DNA from: Nitrosopumilus sp.
GTDB taxonomy: Archaea; Thermoproteota; Nitrososphaeria; Nitrososphaerales; Nitrosopumilaceae
DNA: 64,000 nt
Direction of reading: 5' to 3'
NCBI GenBank assembly: GCA_965205675.1
Contig: OZ242186.1
Span: forward strand, 1,856,001 to 1,920,000
In this document: piece by piece, positions 1 to 8,953 of the stretch
How the letters are laid out: the number at the start of each line of letters is the position of its first letter
Numbering within the stretch: the stretch's first letter is position 1
Made by a program: the position numbers and the translations under genes
The notes under the pieces: generated by a model
Database searches by the model: none
Told to the model about the DNA's origin: nothing
The model's input: only the letters and a program-made list of their open reading frames with translations

Positions 1-708
1 CATAGCACCACTTCCTACAGGCACTATAAGGTGATCAGGTACTTGCCAATCAAGTTGTTCTGCAACTTCAAATGAAAATGTTTTTGAACCTTCGACATAG
101 TGAGAGCGCATATTGATGTTTACTATTCCAATTCCTTTACTGTCACCAATTTGTGCAGCAATAGTGTTTGCATCATCATATGTTCCATCTACTGCAATGT
201 AATTTGCACCGTAAGATAATGCTTGAGTGATCTTTGCCATTTCAATATTACTTGGTGCAAATACATGACAGGGTAATCCAGCTTTAGCTGCATGAGCTGC
301 AGTGGCAGATGCTAAATTTCCAGTAGATGCACATCCTACAGCAGACAGACCAAATTCTTTTGCTTTTGATATTGCAACACCAGCAGGTCTGTCTTTGAAT
401 GAAAATGTAGGATTCACAGAATCATTTTTTATGTAGAGATTATCTAACCCTAATTTTTTTCCAAGATTCTCAGCTTTGATAAGAGGAGTCATGCCTGCGC
501 CAATGCTGACAATATTGGATTTGTCCTCTATTGGTAATAATTCAAAATATCTCCAATAGTTATCTTCGCGATTTGCAAATGTATCCTTTGTAATTGTAGT
601 AAAGTCATATTTTACATCAAGTGGGCCAAAACACTCATCGCAGATATATTTGAAATCTGTATCACACTCTTTTTTACATTCTCTGCATTGCAGTGAGGTT
701 CTAGTCAA
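1..708 (-). CDS. thrC: Threonine synthase (5' part; runs off window)
   Basis: Reverse strand from TTG at 708 reads MTRTSLQCRECKK..CDECFGPL..; contains NPTFSFKDR PLP-lysine motif and CASTGNLASA. Confidence 0.9.
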   Translation of the reverse strand, partial: MTRTSLQCRECKKECDTDFKYICDECFGPLDVKYDFTTITKDTFANREDNYWRYFELLPIEDKSNIVSIGAGMTPLIKAENLGKKLGLDNLYIKNDSVNPTFSFKDRPAGVAISKAKEFGLSAVGCASTGNLASATAAHAAKAGLPCHVFAPSNIEMAKITQALSYGANYIAVDGTYDDANTIAAQIGDSKGIGIVNINMRSHYVEGSKTFSFEVAEQLDWQVPDHLIVPVGSGAM

Positions 709-883
709 GATCAATATCTACTTTGAGAATATAGATAAAAAATCCTAATATCAAGTTAAGTATTACTTAACTCTAAAGAGGGTAAAATATAATAAAAAAA
801 TTCATCATTAGAAGGTGAGATAATCTAAAAATTAATAAAAAATCAAGATTTCATAGATTTCTGAATTATAAGGTAAGGTTTTT

Positions 884-2279
884 GTATGTATCAAGCACTT
901 TAGATGTATTTTGCCATCTCAGAAAACATATTCAACTCCCTTATCCTCCATGTTTCAAAGCATGTTAAAAATATAGAAAGCATCCTCATTCCCTGATTGC
1001 TTTTCATCTGTCCGCGAACATTTCTCTGCATGATACACTTTTGAATAGAATTTTCAGTGTCATTGTTAGTTGATGGAATACAGGGATATTTCACAAATGT
1101 AAACAGACTATTTCTTGCAGTTTTTAGTTTCTTACCAAACTGAATCATTTCTTTATCACCTGACATGTATTGACATATTATAGAATCTGTTTGTTTTAGT
1201 AAATTCAACGCATATCTTTTACGTTGTTTCTCTGAATGTTCTTGTATGCTATACCGTCTTGCACGATGCAATGGTTTTGAGAGTTTTCCATAAATGGTTT
1301 TAGCCTGTTTATCATTTGATTTTCTTGCAAGATATTTTGCATCACGCTGCAGATGTGCAGTGCATCTCTGTTTTACATTATCACAAAATACCGTTCTGTA
1401 TGGAGCATATCCATCAGATATTAAAATCCCTGAGAATTTCTTCCAACATTTTTTTAGGATTTTAGCACCTCTACTGTACTCTAAAGTGTGATGAGCTTCT
1501 GTTTTGCTTCTTGCAACCTAACACCCAATCCAGTCTTTCCGTCAATTGGAAATGCTGTCTCATCCATTCCAAGAATCTTTTCAGTCACGATTTCACTACT
1601 AATGTCATGGTACAATGGTTCTAACATAATACTGCCAGTGCGAAGAATAGATTGTACTGTAGTGCAGCTAATTTTCAATCCATATCTTTCTTGAAGAGTT
1701 ACTCTAATGGTATCGTATGGCATTCTCTTTGAGAATAATGAGACTGCCTCACGTATTGCAGAGGAATCAAAGCATCCACATGGTGGAAGATTTCCATCTG
1801 TCTTGAAACTATCAGAGCAGTTCTTGCAATTATACTGATACAAGACATGCTCAGTTGCAATGTATTGAGTTGGTGGAGGGATTTCAACCATTATTCTTTT
1901 GGCAGTCTTGGTTTGAAGGATATCTTCACTTCCACATTTGGGGCATTCTAAACATTTGTGATGTATGGTACTAGTTGGGGTGAATTTCTGTGTTGTGCCC
2001 TTGTGACCTGGTATGCCACCACGTTTTGATTTGCCAGAATCAGAATCTCTGTTTTTCTTTGCATCTTGTTTCTATTTTTTCCATTCAAGTGAATTTTTTG
2101 ATGGTGGCGAGTGTGGATTTTCATAGTATGATAATTTTTGCGTGAGTTGTTTTACTTTTTCTTGTAATTGTAAGATGATTTTCTCATGACCACACTCTGA
2201 CATGTATTGTAGAATGATTTAGATGATCTTTGATTTTTTGTGTAATGGTATTGATTTATGTGTGAAGCTTGATACATAC
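884..2279 (-). mobile_element. IS66-family insertion sequence (degenerate, TnpC only)
   Basis: TIRs GTATGTATCAAGC 884-896 and GCTTGATACATAC 2267-2279 enclose IS66 transposase fragments. Confidence 0.9.
900..2203 (-). pseudogene. IS66 transposase pseudogene (frameshifts and in-frame stop)
   Basis: Fragments NPHSPPSKNS, RGGIPGHKG, CPKC..CKNC Zn finger, MDET, STNNDTENSI in different frames; ATG at 2203. Confidence 0.9.
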
Positions 2280-2414
2280 TTGAAAACGTGGTTTTAATTC
2301 TATTTTCATAATTATGGTTCCAGATCGCTAAATATCCCATAATCAACAAATTAACATAAAATGTCAATAATCCTAGCGTGGATATTTTATCTCGTAATTT
2401 GAATAGGAAAACTC

Positions 2415-2501
2415 GTTGGGTTCGCCAAGTTAGGTATGACGAGTGTCTGAAAAACACTATCTGTTACCACGGATACATGGGTTCAAATCCCATACCCAAC
2501 G
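2415..2501 (+). tRNA. Type II (Ser-like body) tRNA with GAA (Phe) anticodon; atypical or pseudo-tRNA
   Basis: Acceptor GTTGGGT/ACCCAAC with G73; D arm GCCA..GG..TGAC (one C-A mismatch); anticodon stem AGTGT/ACACT, loop CTGAAAA; 6-bp variable stem ATCTGT/ACGGAT; T arm ATGGG-TTCAAAT-CCCAT. Confidence 0.8.
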
Positions 2502-2582
2502 GGTTATGATATCTATCTAATTATTAATCATAAAAACATTTGTGAGTTTTTAGGTTCAAGAATTATTCTAAAAATGATAAAT

Positions 2583-2676
2583 AAACCAATAGTTTAGAGT
2601 TGGTTTCCTGCCAACAACTTAGTGCTAACTATTAGTTTCTACTCAAAAAAAGATCGCAATAGAAACCTATTGGTTT
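2583..2676. other. Putative structured element (multi-stem inverted repeats)
   Basis: AAACCAATAG (2583-2592) pairs with CTATTGGTTT (2667-2676), enclosing GTTGG/CCAAC and GTTTCTA/TAGAAAC hairpins. Confidence 0.4.
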
Positions 2677-2784
2677 TTAATTAGGCATAAAAATAGTTAT
2701 CATTACAAAATATTCATAATTTTAATTACTTGTTGTTATTTTTACAAGTTTACAGTTATTACATATTAATTATGAGTATTATTT

Positions 2785-2982
2785 ATGAAGAAAGCGTTTG
2801 ATAAGACATTAGATAGTATTTCAGATTTACAAGATGCCTTAGATTATATTAACACAGAAAAGACAATTTCAGATAAACAAAAAACCAAAGATTTGGATGA
2901 GGTAAATGAACATCTAAAACAAGCACAAGATATTATTGTAAAGGCTCTTGTGATATTTCGGAAATATGAGAAAGACCTGTAA
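2785..2982 (+). CDS. Small helical hypothetical protein (transposon cargo)
   Basis: 65-aa ATG ORF with natural amphipathic composition and AT-rich upstream region. Confidence 0.65.
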   Translation: MKKAFDKTLDSISDLQDALDYINTEKTISDKQKTKDLDEVNEHLKQAQDIIVKALVIFRKYEKDL

Positions 2983-3153
2983 ACCCATCTAATGTTTTAA
3001 CATAATTACAATTTTTACACTTGTAAAATATCAAACCATTTGAATGAGTTGTTATTTTGATAGGCTCATTTTTTATACATTCAGGATAATTAATGTCATG
3101 TTGTGTTTTCAATACTTACTATTACAAAATAAGTATAAAAACACATTAGTGGG

Positions 3154-3233
3154 GTATGAATCAAGTCATCTATCCCATCAGGAACAAAAATGGAAACTGA
3201 AAACAAATTCTAGACGTGAGGCTTGATACATAC
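3154..3233 (+). mobile_element. MITE with IS66-type ends, copy 1
   Basis: 80 bp, ends GTATGAATCAAG and GCTTGATACATAC; near-identical inverted copy at 38654-38734. Confidence 0.9.
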
Positions 3234-3452
3234 AGGTTTTTAGTTATTTTAGCAAAAAGATGTTTTTGCCAATAAATTATAATTCCAATTATTATTAGAA
3301 CAGTTATTGCAATAGTTGGAATTGCTATGATAAGGCAATGAAGAATCAGATACAAAAGAAATTAAAAGTTTTGTGATGAAAAATTAAATGATAGCAAAAA
3401 TTGAAGATAAGATAGACCAAGGGTTTTAAACGCAAATTTAGAAGGTGGACAT

Positions 3453-3828
3453 ATGCCTAAACTAAGAGAACAGATTACATCTGGATCATTTAAAATTAAT
3501 CGAAATGAATACGTCTTAGGTGAAAAATTTCATGATAACTAGAGGCTTGGATTTTAATAAAAAAAGAAGAGACAAAGTTTCTAAGACTGTCATCTAATGG
3601 TGTATACATTATTTAGTGTATTTGATTAGTTCTTTTGATAGAGTAGATTTAGCAGGAATTGAACTATTATTTAGATTCAAAGCTTTCAAAAATTAACAGG
3701 TATTGTACTACAGAGAATTTTATTGGAGAGGGATAATGTTTAGGAGAACAGATTATTCAAACTTGAGTTTAAGATAACAGATGAAATTATACCAGATGAT
3801 GATAAAATTATGAACCAGTATGTTATAG
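3453..3828 (+). pseudogene. Decayed hypothetical protein gene (approximate limits)
   Basis: Protein-like segments (QITSGSFKINRNEYVLGEK; NYYLDSKLSKINRYCTTENFIG; FRRTDYSN; FKITDEIIPDDDK; YEPVC) broken by stops and frameshifts; resembles from memory a conserved Nitrosopumilus hypothetical. Confidence 0.55.
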
Positions 3829-3829
3829 A

Positions 3830-4159
3830 TTATTTTTCTAAACTGTTATGAAAACAAACATCTTTACCTAAATGACATGCAGGTCCAGAAGGTTCAACAA
3901 GGTAAATAATTGCATCTGAATCACAATCAACTAAAATCTCTTTAATTTTTTGAGTATTGCCAGATTCTTCTCCCTTCATCCAAAGTTTATTTCGCGAACG
4001 ACTCCAAAACCAAGAGTTTCCAGTTTTTTTTGCAAGTTCTAATGATTCTTTGTTAGCATAAGCCAAAGTCAAAACATTTTTTGTATTTGCATCTTGAACG
4101 ATTACAGGTACAAGACCTCCGCTTTTATCAAAATCTATTTCATTAATTGACTTTTCCAT
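3830..4159 (-). CDS. hisI: Phosphoribosyl-AMP cyclohydrolase
   Basis: WSRSRNKLWMKGEESGN, DCDSDA, ACH motifs. Confidence 0.96.
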   Translation of the reverse strand: MEKSINEIDFDKSGGLVPVIVQDANTKNVLTLAYANKESLELAKKTGNSWFWSRSRNKLWMKGEESGNTQKIKEILVDCDSDAIIYLVEPSGPACHLGKDVCFHNSLEK

Positions 4160-4185
4160 GTTATATAAAAAAAATAAAATAGCTA

Positions 4186-4989
4186 TTATAATCTTACAGG
4201 GATTTGATTGTTTTTCAAATGAGACTTTACTCCATTTACACCATGTGTGTTATAGTGAAATATTGAGGCAGCTAAAGCAGCATCCACATTTGATTCTTTA
4301 AAGATATCAATCATATCATCAGGTTTCCCACATCCTCCTGAAGCAATTACAGGTATAGATACAGATTCTACAACTTTTTGTGTTAATAAAATATCATAAC
4401 CGTCTTTTGTTCCATCTTTATCAATACTAGTAAGAAGAATTTCGCCAGCTCCTAGTTTTTCAGCATTTTGTACCCATTCTATAGCATCTATTCCAGTACT
4501 TTCTTTTCCACCATAAATGAAAACTTCAAACCAGAACTGTTTTTTATTTTCAACAAATATATTTTTTGCATGTGTAAGATCATAATTTCTTTTAGCATCA
4601 ACTGCTACTACAATACATTGACGACCAAACAATTCCATTAATTCAGTAATAACTTTAGGATTCTTTATTGCACCAGTATTAATTCCAACTTTATCAGCAC
4701 CATTAAGTAAAATATTTCTTGCATCCTCTAATGATTTAACTCCGCCACCTACAGTGAATGGAATATCGATCACAGATGCAACTTTTCGAACCAAGTCTTT
4801 GATTGTTTTTCGTTGTTCATCAGATGCAGTAATATCTAAAAATATTAGTTCATCAGCTCCCTCATTACTGTACTTTTCAGCTAGTTTTACAGGATCACCG
4901 GCATCTTTAATTGATTCAAAGTGTAATCCTTTGACTACTCGGCCATTTTTTACATCTAAACAAGGAATAATTCTTTTAGTTAAGGTCAT
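4186..4989 (-). CDS. hisF: Imidazole glycerol phosphate synthase cyclase subunit
   Basis: [17 protein letters not shown]; [12 protein letters not shown]; ALAASIFH. Confidence 0.97.
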   Translation of the reverse strand: MTLTKRIIPCLDVKNGRVVKGLHFESIKDAGDPVKLAEKYSNEGADELIFLDITASDEQRKTIKDLVRKVASVIDIPFTVGGGVKSLEDARNILLNGADKVGINTGAIKNPKVITELMELFGRQCIVVAVDAKRNYDLTHAKNIFVENKKQFWFEVFIYGGKESTGIDAIEWVQNAEKLGAGEILLTSIDKDGTKDGYDILLTQKVVESVSIPVIASGGCGKPDDMIDIFKESNVDAALAASIFHYNTHGVNGVKSHLKNNQIPVRL

Positions 4990-5693
4990 GATAATTTTTT
5001 TACATCCTCAATTGAAATTTTATTCTCATAGAGCGCTTTTCCAAGAATTACACCAAATACATTTTTTCTTTTTACATCTGCAACATCATTAACATTAGAG
5101 ATTCCTCCACTGGCAATTACATTAGCATTTGAAAATATGCAAGTCTGCTCTAAAAATTCTAAATCAGGACCTTCCAAAGTTCCATCGCGACTGACACTTG
5201 TTAGTAAGAATTCTGTAAATCCCATCTCAAGAAACTCTTTGAGAGCAGGAATTAATTTAATTCCAGTATCTTGTTGCCAACCATTAATTACAATTTCACC
5301 ATCTTTATGATCAACTGATATTACAATTTTTTCTGGACCAAGTTCAGATAATAATGACTGTAATAGTTGTTTGTCTTTAAATGCCAAAGTTCCCAACACT
5401 ATTCGTTCTGATAGATTTGCCATTTCCAAAACCAGTGATTTTTCTCTCAATCCACCAGCAACTTCAACAGGAATTGATACAGTATCAAGAATTTTTTTAA
5501 TGACATCAAGATTAGACCCCCTGCCTAATGTAGCATCTAAATCTACCAAATGAAGTATATCTGCACCTGCAGATTCCCATTTTTTGGCAATTTCTACAGG
5601 GTCATCGCTGTATACAGTTTTTTGATTAGGATCTCCTTTGTACAATCTAACAACACAACCATCCATTAAATCAATAGCAGGAATAACTTTCAT
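4986..5693 (-). CDS. hisA: ProFAR isomerase
   Basis: VIPAIDLMDGCVVRLYKGD; LHLVDLD; DGTLEGPD. Confidence 0.96.
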   Translation of the reverse strand: MKVIPAIDLMDGCVVRLYKGDPNQKTVYSDDPVEIAKKWESAGADILHLVDLDATLGRGSNLDVIKKILDTVSIPVEVAGGLREKSLVLEMANLSERIVLGTLAFKDKQLLQSLLSELGPEKIVISVDHKDGEIVINGWQQDTGIKLIPALKEFLEMGFTEFLLTSVSRDGTLEGPDLEFLEQTCIFSNANVIASGGISNVNDVADVKRKNVFGVILGKALYENKISIEDVKKLS

Positions 5694-6295
5694 TTTTTAC
5701 ACTCTTTAAGAAAATTCTCTAACATAATTTTTCCAACAATGCTAGATTTTTCAGGATGAAACTGTGTTCCAAAAAAATTATCAGATTCAACAACAGCGGG
5801 TACTTTAATTCCATAGTCAGATTCAGCAGTAATTACATCAGCAGATTCGGGTTTTACTCTATACGAATGAACAAAGTAAGCCCAAGAACCATTTTTTACA
5901 CCTTCAAGAATTTTTCCAGGTTTTTTGATTTCAAGATTATTCCATCCCATGTGTGGTATTTTCATAGATGACGGTAAAACAATTACTTGGCCATCTATTA
6001 CATTCAAGCCTTGCTCCTTACCCTCTTCGCTTTTCTCAAAAAACATTTCCATTCCAAGACAAATACCAAGAACAGGAATGTTTTCAACATAGTCTTGGAA
6101 TTGAATTTTAGAAAAATTTCGGATACTTTTCATGGCAGGATCAAAATTCCCCACACCAGGTAATAACAAACCAGAATAGATATTGATATCATCAAAATTC
6201 GTTATTATATCAACTGTAGCATTTATTTTTTCAAGTGAATTTTTCAAGCTGAAAATATTTCCAGCGCCATAATCAAAAATTGCAACATTGACCAT
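5690..6295 (-). CDS. hisH: Imidazole glycerol phosphate synthase glutaminase subunit
   Basis: DYGAGN, PGVG, GICLGM, PHMGWN, QFHPEKS. Confidence 0.97.
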   Translation of the reverse strand: MVNVAIFDYGAGNIFSLKNSLEKINATVDIITNFDDINIYSGLLLPGVGNFDPAMKSIRNFSKIQFQDYVENIPVLGICLGMEMFFEKSEEGKEQGLNVIDGQVIVLPSSMKIPHMGWNNLEIKKPGKILEGVKNGSWAYFVHSYRVKPESADVITAESDYGIKVPAVVESDNFFGTQFHPEKSSIVGKIMLENFLKECKK

Positions 6296-6891
6296 TACAT
6301 TGAACCCTTTGTACTTGGTATTCCTTTTTGTTTTTTATCCAAAGCAGATGCATTTCTTAATGCAACAGCAAGTGATTTTATTGCGGCCTCAACTTTGTGG
6401 TGATCATTATCGCCATACTTTACAGTAAGGTGAATACAGCTATTGAGGTTTTGTAATAATGATTGGAAAAAGTGTTCTAGATCTTCTTTTGGTACACTCT
6501 CAATTTTGTTTCGTTTAATAGATAAAGTCAATTTTGAAGATGGACGCCTTACCAAATCAATTGAAGCCTCAGCTAGTGACTCATCCATTGGAACAGAAGC
6601 ATAACTGAATCTAGTAATTCCTTTTCTAGAGCTTAATGCTTTGTCTATTGTTTGTCCTATTGTAATTGCAGTATCTTCAATTAAGTGATGTTCAATCCCA
6701 TCATTTGATTTGGCATCAACTTTAAGATCCATCATACCATGTGTGCCAAGAGATACAATCAAGTGATCAATGAAATTGATGCCAGTTTTGATAGATGTTT
6801 TTCCAGATCCATCCAAGTTTACAGACACAGAAATGCTAGTTTCTTTTGTATTTCGTTTGATTGATGCTTTTCGTGGTATCATTTTTCTCAC
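6295..6891 (-). CDS. hisB: Imidazoleglycerol-phosphate dehydratase
   Basis: [31 protein letters not shown]. Confidence 0.96.
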   Translation of the reverse strand: MRKMIPRKASIKRNTKETSISVSVNLDGSGKTSIKTGINFIDHLIVSLGTHGMMDLKVDAKSNDGIEHHLIEDTAITIGQTIDKALSSRKGITRFSYASVPMDESLAEASIDLVRRPSSKLTLSIKRNKIESVPKEDLEHFFQSLLQNLNSCIHLTVKYGDNDHHKVEAAIKSLAVALRNASALDKKQKGIPSTKGSM

Positions 6892-6911
6892 AGATTATGT
6901 GATTTGCATCA

Positions 6912-7886
6912 TTATTCTAAATTTAATACCTTTGGTAACTGATGAATCGAGTCCAACACCAAAATAGCATCATTTTTCTCAAATAGTTCTAACTTATCAA
7001 AAGGATTCTTGCTTGTACCAATAATTCCACAGAAAATAGTCTTGTGACCCAACTCTGTTGATTTTTTAGCCATGATAAAATCCTCCATAGAGTCTCCAAC
7101 ATAAAGAGTTAGGGTACTATTCATTCCATTAATGGAGGTTAGCAAGGATTGAGGATTAGGTTTTGCAAGTTCGCGTGATTCATATTCAAGAAATATGGAA
7201 TTACATAAATCAAATTTAGTCAAAAGAGATTTCAAAGAATATCGTACAGATTCTTTTCCTCTGCCAGTAACCATGGCAATTTTTGAGTCAAATTTTTTCT
7301 GTAATTTTTGAATTAAAATATCATCTAGAATAACATCATCTTGTTCAATCAAACCAGATGCAAAAAAGTTTGAAGGTTTGTTAAATAATTTTTGATATAA
7401 TTCAGGCCCATAGAAAATTTGATCAAATATTTGATACAAGAGATTATCATGGTGAGTTCCAGGATAAGATAGTTGTTTTTTAATATCAGAAATATCAACT
7501 TGTGTTTGAATATATTTTTCTGTAAAAGCAATACCACTGGAATTAGAATTTTTTATTACATCAAAGATAAAATCAGTTGGGTCTTTGTTTAATTTTTTAG
7601 CAGCAACAAGGGAAATTATTGCAGCATATGTTAAATCAACTTCATCATTAAATCCACCAGTAGATTTGAATCCATCAATGATTTTAAAATCAACATCAAT
7701 AGAAGAATTAATTTTTGCCAGATTTTCTAAAACATACTGAGTTGTTTTTATGATTGTGGAATCATATGATTTTGTAATATCAATTAGTACCCCATCACAA
7801 TCAAAAATTATTGCATCTACTTGATTTAGAGTTTCAATTTTAGAATCATCGCTGTAGATTCCTTCAGATTTTTTTGTTAGAGTCAT
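6912..7886 (-). CDS. HAD-family phosphatase, probable histidinol-phosphate phosphatase
   Basis: FDCDGVLID, AKPNP, YVGDSMED motifs; lies between hisC and hisB. Confidence 0.8.
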   Translation of the reverse strand: MTLTKKSEGIYSDDSKIETLNQVDAIIFDCDGVLIDITKSYDSTIIKTTQYVLENLAKINSSIDVDFKIIDGFKSTGGFNDEVDLTYAAIISLVAAKKLNKDPTDFIFDVIKNSNSSGIAFTEKYIQTQVDISDIKKQLSYPGTHHDNLLYQIFDQIFYGPELYQKLFNKPSNFFASGLIEQDDVILDDILIQKLQKKFDSKIAMVTGRGKESVRYSLKSLLTKFDLCNSIFLEYESRELAKPNPQSLLTSINGMNSTLTLYVGDSMEDFIMAKKSTELGHKTIFCGIIGTSKNPFDKLELFEKNDAILVLDSIHQLPKVLNLE

Positions 7887-8953
7887 CCCAATAAATCACG
7901 AATAGCTAGTAAAAATTTTGAATTCATTTCTTTTGTACCAATAGTTACTCGAAGGCATCCATCATGATCTCCAATTTTACCAAGTTTGCGAATTGAGATG
8001 CCTTGTTCGGCAAGTGCAGAATAAACACGTTTGTAGGCTTTATGTGCGTCAAAAAGGACAAAATTAGCCTTGGAATCAAAGACGTTAAAGGCATCATATT
8101 TTTCCAAAGTCGCAATAATTCTTTTTCTCTCAATTTTGATATTATCAAGAGTGTCTTTTATGATCTTTGGTTTTTCTAAAGCATGGATTCCAGATTCAAT
8201 TGCAATGGTACTAACAGGATACGGATATTGTAAAACAGTCATAAAAGTATCAGTGAATTTTTTGCTTGCAATAAAATAACCTAATCTTAATCCTGCTAAA
8301 CCAAATGATTTTGAAAATGTTTGAACAACGATCAAATTACTTTGAGTTTTAACCATATTTGCAAGAGAGTAGTCACTGAATTGCCCATACGCTTCATCAA
8401 TTATTACAAGACCGCTAAAAGATTTTACAAGTTTTTGTAATTCGCTTTTAGAAAATTGAAATCCAGTAGGATTATTGGGAGAATCTAGATAAAGAATATC
8501 AGCATTTTTGGATTGTTTTAGAAAGTCTTTGATATTTAATTTCATATCATCACAAAAAGGTATTGCAATTAATGGTATATCATATAATTTACAACGTTCT
8601 TCAAAAAATCCAAAAGTAGGATTTGAGGTAAGAACTTTGGTCTGTTTTGATGCAAAATTTGAAAGAATCAAGTCCAAAATTTGATCAGAGCCATTACCCA
8701 CACCGATCATCGAGGAAGGAATTTTGATGAACTTGGATATTGAATTGATTAGTTTTTCAACTCCACCAAGTGGATATTCTCGTATATCAGAATTTTTTCT
8801 TGCTGAAGAGATTAGATCATTTTGAAATTGTTTTGGTATCATATAGTTTTCATTTGAATCAAGTTTTACAGAATCTTGAATAAGTTCGGGTTTTTGATAA
8901 CCTCTAATAGAACTAAATTTTTTAATTTTTTCTTCAAACCAATTTTTTTTCAA
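7883..8953 (-). CDS. hisC: Histidinol-phosphate aminotransferase
   Basis: LDSNEN, GNGSDQ, PNNPTG, DEAY, TFSKSFGLAGLRLG. Confidence 0.95.
   Translation of the reverse strand: MKKNWFEEKIKKFSSIRGYQKPELIQDSVKLDSNENYMIPKQFQNDLISSARKNSDIREYPLGGVEKLINSISKFIKIPSSMIGVGNGSDQILDLILSNFASKQTKVLTSNPTFGFFEERCKLYDIPLIAIPFCDDMKLNIKDFLKQSKNADILYLDSPNNPTGFQFSKSELQKLVKSFSGLVIIDEAYGQFSDYSLANMVKTQSNLIVVQTFSKSFGLAGLRLGYFIASKKFTDTFMTVLQYPYPVSTIAIESGIHALEKPKIIKDTLDNIKIERKRIIATLEKYDAFNVFDSKANFVLFDAHKAYKRVYSALAEQGISIRKLGKIGDHDGCLRVTIGTKEMNSKFLLAIRDLLG

Larger units (their letters stand above)
884..3233. mobile_element. Composite transposon: IS66 + cargo + IS66-type MITE
   Basis: Outer 13-bp perfect inverted repeats GTATGTATCAAGC (884-896) and GCTTGATACATAC (3221-3233), flanked by 8-bp direct repeat AGGTTTTT (876-883, 3234-3241); inner ends lack matching duplications. 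Confidence 0.85.

Noticed and set aside
2152-2457. 101-aa minus-strand ORF as an IS66 accessory gene
   Set aside because: It crosses the IS end at 2279 and runs antisense through the tRNA; no TnpA/TnpB motifs.
2415-2501. tRNA fragment as att site of an integrated provirus
   Set aside because: It is full length, and no integrase or duplicated 3' half is visible in the window.
2414-2502. Reading the odd tRNA as tRNA-Sec (8-bp acceptor, long variable arm)
   Set aside because: The anticodon is GAA, not TCA; the D stem is short; the canonical 7/5 fold places U8, A14, G15 and C48 correctly.
3044-3226. 60-aa ORF
   Set aside because: Reads into the MITE; composition not protein-like.
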